Assembly (NCBI GenBank): GCA_041650835.1
Contig: JBAZKL010000001.1
Span: 765,617-829,616, forward strand
Source of the DNA: Candidatus Omnitrophota bacterium
Lineage (GTDB): Bacteria; Omnitrophota; Gorgyraeia; Gygaellales; Profunditerraquicolaceae
DNA: 64,000 nucleotides
Direction: 5' to 3'
A model generated the notes under the pieces. The model was given only the letters and a program-made list of their open reading frames with translations. It had not been told where the DNA came from and did not search any database. This document shows positions 28,200 to 41,649 of this stretch, piece after piece; positions within the stretch are counted from its first letter, which is position 1, and each line of letters begins with the position of its first letter. The position numbers and the translations under genes were made by a program.

Positions 28200-29350
28200 G
28201 CTGATATTAATGCGGTTGATATCAATGCCCTCATCAGAGATATTCAGGAACGCGCGGATGACCAGGGGGCGGCGCCCATTAATCGTCCTTTCAAGCAAAC
28301 GCTTCTCATCTCCGGGATTCAGGCAAAACCCTTCAATACCGATAAAATAATTCCCCCGCTCATCGCGTTCCTGCGCGGGTAAAATATCAAAAGCCACCAA
28401 AATAGGTTTTTCAAACGCAGAGGCCATCAAATAATCGGGGACAGCGTAGATGATCCGCTGCCCGCTATGGTCTCTGCTCAATAAACGCTCGAACGCGTCA
28501 TTGACCATTACATGCGTAAGCGGACATTGCTCCTGCATCGCAGACCCTGACCAATACCCGCCTGCCTCCTGCGTGCCGCGCGTAGTCATCAGAGCTCCCC
28601 TGGCTTTAATTACGTCCGCGGGGTAGACGGCTGATGAGGATACACAAACCTTTTCATACACCGTAAAAAACCGGGCTTTTAATACCGGTTCAAAACACCG
28701 GTTAAATTGTTCTTGCCGCCCCTGACTGAAATTCTCAGTAAAAGACCATTCCTGGTTAGAAAACATATAATTTATAAACAATGCCCGGACAGGCGCGTAT
28801 CCGCACAGATGCTCCAGGAGTTTTTCCTCTTGAAAAGTGCCGGCATAGTAATAATAAAACATGTCGTATCCGGAAAAATACTTTTCTTGCAGATAATCAT
28901 CACGGATAAGTTCAACCGGCACCAGAGGAAGCCACTGCATCAATCCAGGCTCAACACCGATGCTCAAATCGAAAAGGCGCCGGTCAAATTCAACACCCGT
29001 GACCTTCGCTTCGGGGAATACCTGTTGTAAAAAATACGTAGCGCAGCCATCGCCGTGGCCGAGGTCTAATAATTTTCTTCCGGTAAAATCATATCCCTGC
29101 TTCAAATCAACCAAGGCTACCAGATATTCAAGCGTAGTTGCCACGAAACGTCCTTTATCCGTGCGAAACAGGCTTACCGGACCATACCCATGGATAAGAT
29201 AATACTTATGATAGAATGCCGTGATCCTGCGGGCAATCCCGGCTAAACGCTCTTTTTCCGCAAGATCGCCGGAAGCGCCCAACAGCATCGGCGAAGCGCT
29301 GCTATCCGGCAAATGATCGGCATCCGCGTTATCCTCTTTAAAAACAATTA
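28200..29350 (-). CDS. Class I SAM-dependent methyltransferase-like protein.
   Basis: Reverse translation of 28991-29075 gives RKLLDLGHGDGCATYFLQQVFPEAKVTGVEFD (motif I). Confidence 0.35.
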
Positions 29351-29399
29351 ACGACGGCTCATATTCTTGAGGCGCCTCTAAGCCAAGCAGATTTAAAAG

Positions 29400-31260
29400 C
29401 GTGGCCGCGATATTAGCCAGCCCCTTACCTTCAAACTCGGCTATTCGATATTCTCCCGCGTATCCAGCGTCGACGATAACAAACGGGACGGGATTACGCG
29501 AATGCGCGGTCTTAGTCTCTCTTTTTCCCTTCTTCTCAACAAACATCTCATCGGCATTTCCGTGGTCTGCGGTGATCACGACGATCCCCCCCAGGGCATC
29601 GACCACTTCGATTAACCGCGCGACACAGGCGTCCACCGTCTCAACAGCTTCAATTGTTGCCGCCTCAAGACCCGTATGGCCTACCATGTCTCCATTGGCG
29701 AGATTGATCCTGCCAAATCTATATTTACCGCTCAACAATAATTCAACCGCTTTTTTAGTGATCTCATTTGCCTTCATCCGGGGGGCTTTATCAAAAGCTA
29801 TTCTATCGGAAGGTATCTCAAGGTATAGCTCAAAGGCTCCATCGAGATACCCCGATCTATTGCCGTTAAAGAAATACGTGACGTGGCCGAATTTCTGGGT
29901 CTCTGATAACGCGAAAGACGTGATCCTATTGGCGCAGACATATTCGCTTAAGGTCCTGTCGATCCGGGGAGGCGCGACTAAAAAGTTTTTCGGCAGATGC
30001 AAATCTCCGTCATATTGCATCATACCCGCGTAGAGCACATCCGGGCGGCGCTCCCGGTCAAATTCGGTAAAATCGTCCTCCTCGAAGGCGCGCGTTATCT
30101 CGATCGCCCTGTCTCCCCGGAAATTAAAGAACACGACTGAATCGCCGTCTTTTATTTCACCTATAGGGACAGCGTTTTCCGCAATGACAAAGGGGGATAA
30201 ATACTGATCGGTCATAACGCTGTCTTCGGCATACATCGTTGAAACAGCCTCATACGCTGAATTAAAATGCCGCGCCCTTCCTAAAACATGTGCATCCCAT
30301 CCCCGCTTAACGATGCTCCAATCCGCGTTATAGCGGTCCATAGTAGTCACCATCCGGCCGCCGCCGGACGCGATCCGGTAATCGTATCCACCCTGAGGGA
30401 TCACCGACAAAACCGCCTCAAGCTGCTCTATATAGGAAAGAGCGGTCTTTTCTCCGACATCCCTGCCGTCTAAAAGCGGATGAATACGCACTCGTCTTAC
30501 GCCTTCGGCAGCGCAGCGGTTCAGTAAAGCAAACAAATGGCTTATATGAGAATGGACGTTGCCGTCGGATAGCAAGCCGATGAAATGGAATGTCCGGTCT
30601 TCTTTTTTAGCCCGGCAAATAAGCTGCCGCCACAAATCGGTTTGAAAGACATCCTCACTCATCAACGCGTCGTTTACCAGCTGCGCGCCCTGCGCGAAGA
30701 CCCTGCCTGAGCCTATCGCGTTATGCCCTACTTCGCTGTTTCCCATATCGTCGTCGCTGGGCAGGCCGACCGCGGTCCCGTGCGCCCGAAGCTTCGTCGC
30801 AAGCCCGCTCTTAAATAACCGGTCCAGACACGGGGTTTTAGCCGCGTACACGCAATTAGACTCATCCTGCTTTCCCAGCCCGATCCCATCCATAATGATC
30901 AATAGCAGCGGGCCTCCCCTGCCCTTAAAATGCTTAAGGCCGGCTAACGCGAACTTGTTTTCTCCGTTCTCAACAGGAGACGCGCCTGTTTCCGGTTTAT
31001 GAGCTTCGCCGCCCTTTTCTGTTTCTTTGCTGACGCTTTCTTCTTTATCGTCATTTGCGCTTCCTGCGCCGCTATTAATAAGCGAGTAAATAAAGATCCC
31101 CGACAACGCGCATACGCCTACGACATATCCGACATATACCGGTTTAAAGGTATAGGAGAACAAAGGCATCGACACTTTAAGGATATTACAAATAATGATC
31201 CCGATGAACGACCCCATAACCAGCCCGATAAACCACTCCCCCGACTCAGCAGGAGAAGAT
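29400..31260 (-). CDS. gpmI: 2,3-bisphosphoglycerate-independent phosphoglycerate mutase (iPGM, alkaline-phosphatase superfamily) with a hydrophobic N-terminal extension.
   Basis: Coordinate-checked LRAHGTAVGLPSDDDMGNSEVGHNAIGSG at 30731-30800. Non-codon-checked read: GRGGPLLLIIMDGIGLG; LLSDGNVHSHISHLFALL...IHPLLDGRD; C-terminal VITADHGNADEM (about 29560-29600). N-terminal FIGLVMGSFIGIIICNILKV...VGVCALSGIFIYSLI is hydrophobic (about 31000-31260). Confidence 0.55.
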
Positions 31261-34200
31261 GATTTATCCCCGGATCCCACAAAAGCATCACGAGCGCGCC
31301 CCCCGCCTTTTTTATAAACATCTAAAATAATTTGAGGGGAATTTTCAAGCATTTCCTCCGGCATAAACGCGGTTATATCGTAGCCAAGCGACCAAAGGAC
31401 CTTAATTATCCTTCCTTTAGCCTTCAAAGCGATATCACTGATACGTTCAACCGACACGTTATTATAATCGACGGCTATCTTTTTAAGCTTCTCTCCGCTC
31501 AAAACCCGGATGAGAATATCAAAATATTTATCCGGGACCCCTGAATCCTTTATCGCCTGGCGTATCATCGCCTCGCTGCTCTCTTCTGTTTCAAGGCGCA
31601 GCAAGAGGTCGAGGGCGTTATTTTCCACAGGGACATTTTCTATTCTATACCCTCTTTTTATCGCGGCTGCCAAAGGTATTGCCGGAGAGCTCGCGCTGCG
31701 GACCGCGACGATATGCGCATTTAAGAAATTAGCGAACCGCATCATAGTGCTGCCTAATAATAATTCCACCGCCATGGGCGCTTTTTTACGCACGAGAAAA
31801 TGCATCACTCCTTCCCTCCAATAATCCCTGCCGTCTTCAAATTGATGGAAGGCAAGCTCCCGGTAATCAGGGTGCAAGGTATTCTCGAGATCAACCAGAG
31901 AGGCAAGCAACAAGAAAATATTCCTTGCGACTCTCGAGCTATTCCCGACTTTCCATGATTTAATCAGCTTTGCCTGCAGGCCCATAATGTCCGCTAAAAC
32001 CATTTTCCCTTGATTAGCTTTGTTTTCTTTAAATATAAAATCAAGAGCGTCAGTTCCGTTTGTTTGCCCGAAGCTTTTCTTTATTTGAACGCCTGCCCGC
32101 GACAGATCTTTTACTGCCGATATTCCCGATCTTTTCTGGATCAACACGCATCTAACCGCCAGATCTATAGCTTTTTCTAAAAGCGCCTTATCAACCAGGG
32201 GTTTTCGTTTATGCTCCGCGCTCACTGAAGGAGTGATCAAAGGTAAATAATGGTTTGATTGCGGCGCCCAGCGTAAAAAGGCATTTTCAATACAATTGCC
32301 CCAGGGAGTGATTACCCACTTTCCCGCGGCTATCGCCGCGTGCATGACAAAAGTGTCAGGCGTGACCACAATATCGGCTGACCCGACAAAACGAAGTAAC
32401 CCGGCTATATTTTGCTCAGCGAAATGCAGCATTAAACTTTTGTTTAGCTTTAATTTACCAATACGCTTATTTAATTGCGACCAGAATTCACCGGCTACCT
32501 GATGCTTAAGGGCAGTCTCTCCGGAATCAAATAATAACCCTATCCGTTCATTAAAGGTACCCAGGAGCCCCGCGACAACATCGACCATATCCCCATACTC
32601 ATAATCTTTGCGTTCGCTGGAGCTAAAATTATTGATCAAGACCACAGCTCGGGTTACGCCCAGGCACAACGACTCAGGTTCAAACGCCTTTTTGATATAT
32701 TCGTTCTTCCCTAAAAGCCCTATATTCCTGTACGATTGCTGCAGCTGAGTATAAATATTTATATGAGCGGATTTTCTTTTAACAAGGAACATTTGAGAGC
32801 CGTCAAAATAAAGTATATCTTGTTTCATCAGGATATAATAATCGGTATGGAGTGATTGTTCCGCAGGCAAGTAAAATATAGCCGGGGTATTAGTGATTTT
32901 CATGACACCGGACACATCCGGGAACGGATTTGCTGAAATAACCAGGTCAAATCTTTCCTGTTTAAGATACTGGGCCAGCAATTTGGCATTATATTGATAA
33001 TCAGTCGTGCCGAGCTCTTGCCTGAAATGCACTTTAAAAATATTGAGCTCATCATAACCGTATATTGTATGGGCGAATTTCTTCTCACGCGCCTGCCAAA
33101 TACTCTTTTTATTGGGATGGGCAGCCACTACCACTTCCTCTATCTGTTCATGCATAGCTAAGACATTCATGATCAGGCTCCAGACCAATTCCGCGCCGTA
33201 ATCCATTTTAGGAATAGTCAGGATCAAAACGCGCTTGATCCGGGAAAGTTTATCCTTTAACGGAAGATCGATCCTGGGAAGTTGTGATATATCCACATCG
33301 ATCGGAGAAGAAGAAAGGATCCTTTTGCCGATTTCATCTTTCACAAGCGTCTTGAGGAACCAGCCCGAGTAATCATCTGCTTCGCTTTCAGATTCAGAGC
33401 AAAATCTCCGGTTCCCCAACGCGTCCATCCAGGCAACGATCAAGTCGAAGTTAATGATCGTATCTTCAAAACCGGAAGAAATAACATGCGCCATCTTACG
33501 CATTAAAGCACCGATGCGCACATTCGCTAATTGAGAACCGACAGGAGAAAGCGTCCCGCGCAATACCCGGGTGACGAGGGTCTTGGCTTCTTCATTATCC
33601 AGACCTTTAAACTGTATCCTGACCTGCTGCCTTGAGGCATCGAGGCTCAAACGATCCTCTTCTATATATCCCGGGGTTGTCACCACGCTCAAGAAACGCT
33701 CAAGTGATTCTCTGTACCGTTGATCAATGGCATAGCAGGCTTCCTGAGACCCCAGCAGCCGCTCGCGCAGCCATGAAATAATAGCCTCGATCGAATAACC
33801 GGGATACAGCGCTTCAATCTCCTTAAAACCGGCGATGGACAGCCCTTTAATGCCTTTAATACAAACATATCCCTTTCTCTCGGAAACATCATAGAAGAAC
33901 GCGTTCAGCAACCGGCCTTGCCCGGGATCCCTGCGTAATGCCGCCAATACAAAGCGGATGCTTTGCTCATCCCAGGGCAAAAGGAGAAAATACGAGATCG
34001 CTATTGCCGGATGGTCTCCCGCGACAAAGAATAATTTCTTAAAAAGCAGCTCGCAATGATCAGCTTCATCCACGCTCTTAAGCCAGCCCAGGAAGCCGCA
34101 AATATCTTTCAATAAATCGCGCCGCGGAGAAAGGTCGGCATGTTTTACGAGCAATTGAACGCAATACCAGCCTCCCTGACGGTACACATCAAGCAGTCCC

Positions 34201-36749
34201 AACTTCTGTGTCTCGGTATAAGTATAAAGATTACCGATAAACACCCCTTCTTTTTTCAAGCTTTCGTTTATATGCTCTACTTCTTGCTTAAGAGGCGAAC
34301 TGCCCCCGCGGGCATTAATGACCGCCCGGAACCCGGGATTCAGGCAAGTTAAGGTCTCCCGCAAATGCAGATGCCGGGTTTGAAAATTAATATTGCCGAG
34401 GATATCAAAGAAATCAGGGCGCGCAAAATACTGCCAGACAGCGGAATGATAATTATACGGATGCTCGTAAACATCATGTATCAGCTCAATCCACTCAACA
34501 AAGCGGATCCCTTTGACCTCAGGGGTAGAAATACCTTTATTGAGCAGCTCTTCTTCCTTTTTCAGGATAATATACAGGTAAAGATACGAGACCTCGCGGT
34601 TTAACTTATCGGAAGTGTGATAATAAAAAACATCCTTTTTATATTCAGGCTTTCCCTGATATTGAATACTCCCCACCTTATAGAAAAACCGGAACACCCG
34701 GTAAAGCCGGGTTATATCAAGGCTTATCACACCGATCTCTTCATCATTTTCCCTGCCAAGGGACAACTGCGCGCTCTCCCCTACCGCGAAGTGCCCCGTT
34801 ACATATAAGCCGCCGCGGTCACGCTTATCCCTGCGCGTTTGGATCGCTACCCTCAATCCGTCTTCTGAAATGCCGCAAATATGGTCCGTCCGGTGCCAAT
34901 CGCCGTCAGCATGGATGCGCTGGCGCGTCTTGGCGATTCCGGTACGAAAGAGGTTTGCCGGTTCAATGCAATCGCAGACCTCTCCGACGACCGGACGTAA
35001 AACAGATATATAAGCAATGAGCTCCTCCTGAGATAACCCCAACTCAACGCTTACCCTTCTTAAATCGATGGCGCCGTCGGTTTTGAGCTTATCGGCAATA
35101 GCAAGTTTAAACGATAACTGTTCATCTACGGTAACCGGCGACCCCGAGAAATATCCCTCTCCTGCTAAGATCCGGTGATCATAGAAGGTAACGGGGAGTT
35201 CAGGCCGCTGACTTGGGTGGGCTTTACCCAGCAGCATGACCCGTAATGTTTTCTTTTCCTTTTGGCCGTCAAAAACCAGTTCGTAAATCTGTTCGAGGCG
35301 CTCCATAATGCGGTCATGCAATATACCTAATTGGCGTTCCTTGATATATATTTGCTGATGCCGCACAAATTCTTTTTGATCCTGGAACAATACTAAATAC
35401 GAGGCTTGTGTTTCCCCGAACATCCGGGAAAGTTCTTTTGCCAATTGCCTTTTGGTGGAGGGGACCCAATAAATAGGCTTACCGCAGTCATCAGTGGTCA
35501 ATTCCCGCAAGCTTAATTGCAGGAACCTGTCTTGATCTGAATTGTCCCCCACATACCCGACCTCAACTCTCCCGCGGCTGGCTGATAACGCTACGCCGAA
35601 ATGCCCCTGTTCTACGATCGCGGCAATATAGGCGCGCGCCTGAGGCGGCACATTGCTCGACCAATAATAGGCGGGCGTCAAAGAGATCAAATGAAGCAAA
35701 TATTTATCACTATCACTGAGTGCTTGTTCTTTTTTGATTTTCTTGAGGATTGCTGTCCGGGCAAGGGGCTCTAATCGGGTAAACCGGGGGTCAAGGATTT
35801 CAGATAAACGATTTATTGCAGGATGATCAAAGAATTGCTTAAGCTCTGCCGCTAAAGGAGGGCCGCGGATACCCATGTTAGAACGTATCGTAAGATACGC
35901 GTTGACCTGTTCAACAATACCCTTGCCTTTATTTTCCGCAAACCACGACCGGTACTGCGCGCCCGCGATCGCAGGAAGCGTACTTTCCGAGGATTTCCCG
36001 GCAGGGGCGGGACTCTCAACAATAAGCTTCTTAACCTGCGCGGCGATACGCTGCTGCTGCTCGCGTAAATTATTCAAACGGGCCTTAAGCGCCGCGCCTG
36101 CCGACTCTAAAAGTTTAATAACCTTGAAATCTCCTGATAATAACCTGGCGCGGACTTCCTGCAGCGCCGGGTATACTTCATGCTTTTTAACCTTTTCACG
36201 CGCTTTTTCAAGCTTGAGCAGCGCGATTATTCCGTCGATGCACCGCACGAACGACTCACGCTCCTGCCGGACCTCATCCATTTGGAACATATTCAGCTGG
36301 CGATTCCTCACTCTGAAACCTTTAATATCAGCCGCCAAAGACGTTATCTGAGGCAATGCTTTCAGGATCAGCTCTACCTCCTGCGCGATCCCTTCAAGTA
36401 TATGGCTATTTTTGCGCACATCAACCGGCAGCTCCGGCTCATCGGTACCTTCATTTATTGCCGAGCTCGCGCAGTTTAATCCGGCGGATTTTTTCATCCC
36501 CCAAAAATGCACTTCCTGGTATCTTCTCACGCTCCAGGCCTGAGCGAGCTCCCATAACCAGGTATTCTTATAAATCTGAGTAACATTACCGGGCCAGCCG
36601 TTATCATGCATAAAAGAAGCGGGTAAGTCATTATACGCGACGGCAGCGTTTGATTGTGCCGGGCTTCCCGCGGCATCATTACTTCTACTGGAAAATATTC
36701 TCCTCTCTAACGCCGCTTTATGGCGTAAATACAACTCCTGGAATTCCGC

Positions 36750-39700
36750 CTCGGCATACATCCGGCTCTTTACATCCTGGACGAGCTTTGCGATGCTTTG
36801 ATCGAAGGTCAGTATATCCTCATCATTGACGATATCAGCCAAATGGACTTCCTTAAACTCTCCCTCGATTGCTTTTTTGTTCAGCGCGCGGATAAACATC
36901 TTTATCCAAGGGATTGACATCCTGTTCATGCTCAAGGATACAAACGGCAGATATTTATTCCATTTACCCGATAATAACAGGATAAACTTCTCACTGCGCG
37001 CCAGCTCCCCGCAAATAACCACCTCCAGGTGAGCCCTCCCTGATTTCCTGCGCTCCCTGTTCTCTTTCTCCGCCGCGATGAAAACAATCTCTATCATTTC
37101 CAGGATCCGCGGCTGCAAAGTCTTCAACTTGTCCCCTAAAGCGTCGCGGTTGATGCGCAGCGTGAAAGCCGTCAAATCATTGGTCCCGATGCTGACAAAA
37201 TCAGATTCGCGCATGATCTGCCGGCATATCTCAATAGCACCCGGCGTTTCAAGCATAAAGCCGCGAGGGACCCTTACTGAGCGGGAAGCGCTCAATATTT
37301 TCTCTTCTACGGTGAGCTCCCTGAGCGTATCATCAAAATCAGACTTATTCCTCAGCATAGCCACAAAGAACCCGATAGTGGCGCGTGAGATTTCAGCTTG
37401 CGCCCGCCAAGCGGCGCGATATTGCGCGCTCAATAAGGCTCTTCCTTCCCGAAGAAGGAAATCAATGCCGCAAGACGCCGTATCGCCGAACGCGGGGAAT
37501 GTTTTATCAGCGGCCTTATCAGGGGCCCTGATATGAAATTTATTTAAACTTCTCCCGGCCACCGTCACTGCCGCGGCTTCGCTGAACGTAAGCATGAGCT
37601 CTTCTTCGCCGGGGGCGCGCTCCTCCTTATAGAGGAATTCCGTCCTTACTAAACCGATCCCGTCTGCCCCGTAAGACAGCGCCTCGCAAGCCTGCTGCTT
37701 TAATTCACGCGCGCTGCCGCCGATATTTGCCAGTATTTCAACCGGCACGCCGCTGCCGTTATCGCTTGCCGCCGGCTCATACGCGTGCAGTAAACAGAGT
37801 TCTTTCAAAACATCCCCGCGGATCTTGATATCGATAAATTCATGTTTGGTCTTTTCCGTGGGATTAACCACTGCCAGACCATTTTTACTATCCAAAAGCA
37901 GCTCATCTGCCGGCTTGATCATTTCAAATACCCGCGCTTGCCGGCCAGGGACAAAAACAGCGCCGGTCAAAACAGGGATATCATTGGTCATGATCACCCA
38001 ATGCGCGGTATGGTCTTTTGTATCGGAAATAACCGCCTTAATATTCGGAAAGCGTTCCCTTAATTCAAGCAAGGTCGGGTAATCAATTTCCGAGACTATC
38101 AATATCAGGTCTTTCTGCTTAATGCTTTCCTCACCCACAAAATCGGTCAAAAGCCTTCGGATTAATAAAGAAACATACTTCGTAATTGCCAGCCGCTTTG
38201 TTTCTTCAAAGACCGCAAGGCGCTCCTGGCTGAACTCATAGACTACCTTCTCCGCAAAATACTGCTTCCTGCTTATCGCCAGCTTGACCGGTTCGCGCAG
38301 GCTGCTGATGAACTCAAACACATCTCCATCAGCCGGCTCTATGCGCTTTAAAACATACTCCAGCGCGCGGGAAAAACGATTGAGTTCATCATTGACCTTT
38401 TCCGCGACCGCCTTAGGTGCGTTCCCCCGCTTGATGAACTTGTCCTTTTTCCTTAAATAAACGATAAGCTCTGAAATGATATACTCAAGGTCAAGTGAAG
38501 CCCTTTCCGCTGGATCAACCTTCCCGTCAAGCTTAGATAAATAAACACCCAGGATTATTTTACTGAAGCTCGGCACAACTTTTCCGAGGTCCTGGATGGC
38601 GCGGATCTCCTTCGGCTCAGAATATAAATAAAGCAGCCTGCGCGCGGCCAGGCGCTCCTGCTTAATTAAAGAGATCACGTCGCGCTTAACATCGAGCAAG
38701 ACATGATGCACGAACATATAACGGAACTCCTCCTCCGCCGCCGTCCCCTTATAACTTTCATATTTAGACTCCATATTGGCGCACAACGGATCGATAAGAC
38801 GCTTGAAATTTGCTATTTCAGCATCCACATCGTCAACTTTATAGCGGCCGAGCAAATGGCCGATAATATGGTTACACAATCCTTCCAGGGGCCTTATGAC
38901 ACCGGTATTTGTTTTCAATCTCTCCACCTCCCGGGCAACCAATGCCGGAAAAACACCCGCGGCGTTCATCGCGTCTTTCTTGATCTTATGTATCGTTTCG
39001 TCTTTCAACCTCCCGATGATCTCAAAAATGGCCGGAGGATAATTCTTCTCTTTTCTTTTCATTTCCTTCTGAAGCTGTTCCACGATATCTTCAAAAGAAT
39101 TCACTTCATCGGTAATATTCAAAGCGATAACTTCGGGGGAATCCCACGGCTTTACGATGCCGTAAGCTGCCTGCATAACGTTGCCCACGAAGCCCCATTT
39201 GATAGCTTCAGCAAAAACGACCCCGTCTACACCATTGGAAATACCTTCAGCCCTGAGCTCGGATATCCCGTTGGTTTTCACTCGACTGGTTGCCGGGCTG
39301 CTCCCCGCGGCGGGCGAAGCGGAGAAAATAAGCTCGTAAGACTGCGCCAGGTCATCCTTCGAGGCAATGCCTAAGTCTTTTAAATCAGACAACAGCTTTA
39401 TAATGCCTTCCGCATTAAGTCTCTGCTGATCCACGGCCTTAAATATTTCCGTTAAACTCATCTTTCGCTCTTGAGGAGGCAATCCCAGGTCGTTCCAGAA
39501 ATCCATAAAATCAACGATAGCCGCGTAACTAAAAGCCCTCCGGCGCATTTCAACGACTATCTTATAGATCTCGGAAAGGATATTCGGATATACCTGGTGG
39601 AGGAACAAAGCAAAGCTATGCATCATGCTTTTTCCCTGCGTCAGGACATCCCTGATCAACGCGTCTGACTGAGCGCCATTGCGGTCTTTGTTCCGGCAAT

Positions 39701-40500
39701 AATCCAATATAACTCCCAGGAAATCCAGGACGTCAGACGGGCTGTATGTGCGCAGCAATTCAAATTCCTGCGTGTATTTCCGGCTTAGCTTACGCGCATA
39801 GATCCCCTGCGCCAAGATCTTTAAATGTTGTTGTTCTTTCATATAAGCCGCCTCACAAAGAGCGCTATACCCTGCGATTTCCGTCTGTAACTGCCGGCTA
39901 AGCTCATCGAGTGAGTCCTGTCGGGCTTTCACAAAACCCTTTTCAAGCTCCTGCCTGCCCGGGATTCCATTTGTGGATAAGTGAGCGCGTTCTTCATAGC
40001 TTGCTTCGACCTGCTTTGGCTTTCTGCTTTCCATTTCAACAGCCAAAGCCTCTAAAGCGCTCACGAGCGGCTCAACCTGCGCGCGGGCCCTTGCTTTTTT
40101 CAAATATTGGCTGCCACTCAACACCTTTAAGAATATCCTTAATTCCCGGCTTTCCTCTATGCAAAGTTTTTCACCGTTAGCCACGATAAATTCTAAAGCC
40201 ATCTGGAAGCTTTCATATACCGTTTTATCGGGACGCCTGGCCTTTTCGATACCACTCACAAACCTCTCCCTGACCGAACGGACCAAAATACCGCTCAGCA
40301 ACTCAGACAAAAGATAATTTTTATAAAATTCTTTATTGAAGTAACCGGAATCAATCGCTTGCAGGAACTCGCTTCTTGCCTCGAAAGCGGAAGAACGCGC
40401 TAACTCAGGCTCCTGTTCTTTCATATCTTCTGCCTGATACAAGAGGGAATCACCGATTATCCGGTGAGCAGTACCCTTACGGCTTATATCATTATCGGTC
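36750..40500 (-). CDS. PEP-utilising enzyme (PTS enzyme I / PtsP-like or PEP-synthase-like): phosphohistidine domain and C-terminal PEP-binding TIM barrel, preceded by a long alpha-helical N-terminal region.
   Basis: Reverse translation: KDHTAHWVIMTNDIPVLTGAV (about 37960-38030); SYGADGIGLVRTEFLYKEE (37633-37668); SIGTNDLTAFTLRINRD; EVVICGELA. Boundaries unresolved. Confidence 0.45.
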
Positions 40501-41600
40501 AGCAACACCGCGACAGTCCCCGCGGCGATTGCCCGGGAATAAAGGCCGGCATTTAAATAACTGCCTGCCATAAGCAGGATAGCGCGCGCCAGCATATTTT
40601 CCAGCTCAGGGCTTGCGTTAAGATCGGCATGCTCAAGCGTTACGAAAAAGTCTTCCAGGTTATCTTCAGAAACAGCCATTTTCCCCGGCATTAATTGAGT
40701 TAAGGCGAGCATCGCCTGCCGCAGGGCTTTCTGATCGTCCTTCTTTAAATAATATGCTTTCGCTATCTCTAAATATATATTGCCCAGGAGCATGTCGGGC
40801 CCATACGCTGCCTCCCGGTCTTCCTTTAGCTTTACTTCATTGGGTGACGATTGTTTGATCGTTAAGGCTTCTTGTAATAACTCTAATGCCTTATCAATAT
40901 TTTCTTCACTATAACTATAGGTTTCACTCAAAGCGATCAACGCAATTATCCTGTTCAAACCGGAAAGATATTGCAGCGCTCCCCCCATATAAGCACGGAC
41001 CACATCATATTTTCCTAAGCGCAGAGCAGAGCGGCCTCCATGGTATTGCGCTTCAAGCGACGCCGCGGGAGTGAGCGGATGTATCAAAAGCACCCGGCTG
41101 AAGCTGTCCAGCGCCTTATCATCTTTACCGCTGTACTGGTACATATGTCCCCGCAGCAAGAGCGTTTCTACCTGCTTGCTTTTGACGCCCAGGACCTGCG
41201 CGGGAGTAATACCCTTCATATTGAATTCCGCGTTAAGTGACTTGAGCGCGATATCAAGGTTCATCCAGGCCTGAGGCGCTATATCAGAAGCAGTGCTTCG
41301 CGCGATAAGAAACAAGGTATTCGCCAAAAGGCTGCTCACCTGAGCTTTAGAATAATTCTCCGGGGCGATACGTAAAGCTTCTTCATACACTAAACGAGCT
41401 TCATCAAGGCGGGACATATGGGCAAAACACAAGCCTTGATTTGCTAAGACATCCACCAGGAAAACCTTTTCATTTTTCCCTAAAGAAACCTTTTCGCAGA
41501 GCGCTCGTGCTTCATCAAAAACAGCTAATGCTTCAAGGAATTTCCCCTGCGAAAGTAAAAGCCTGCCCTTATCATATACAGCAACGGCATCGGTAATGGC
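39900..41600 (-). CDS. TPR-repeat protein. May overlap the N-terminal region of the PEP-utilising enzyme call.
   Basis: Non-codon-checked read: AVYDKGRLLLSQGKFLEALAVFDEARALCEK...ANQGLCFAHMSRLDEARLVYEEALRIAP..., repeated 34-aa helix-turn-helix pattern. Confidence 0.3.
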
Positions 41601-41649
41601 AACAGGGCTGCCGGACCGCCTGGCACCGCCGCGCCGCTTCTTCACCCGG

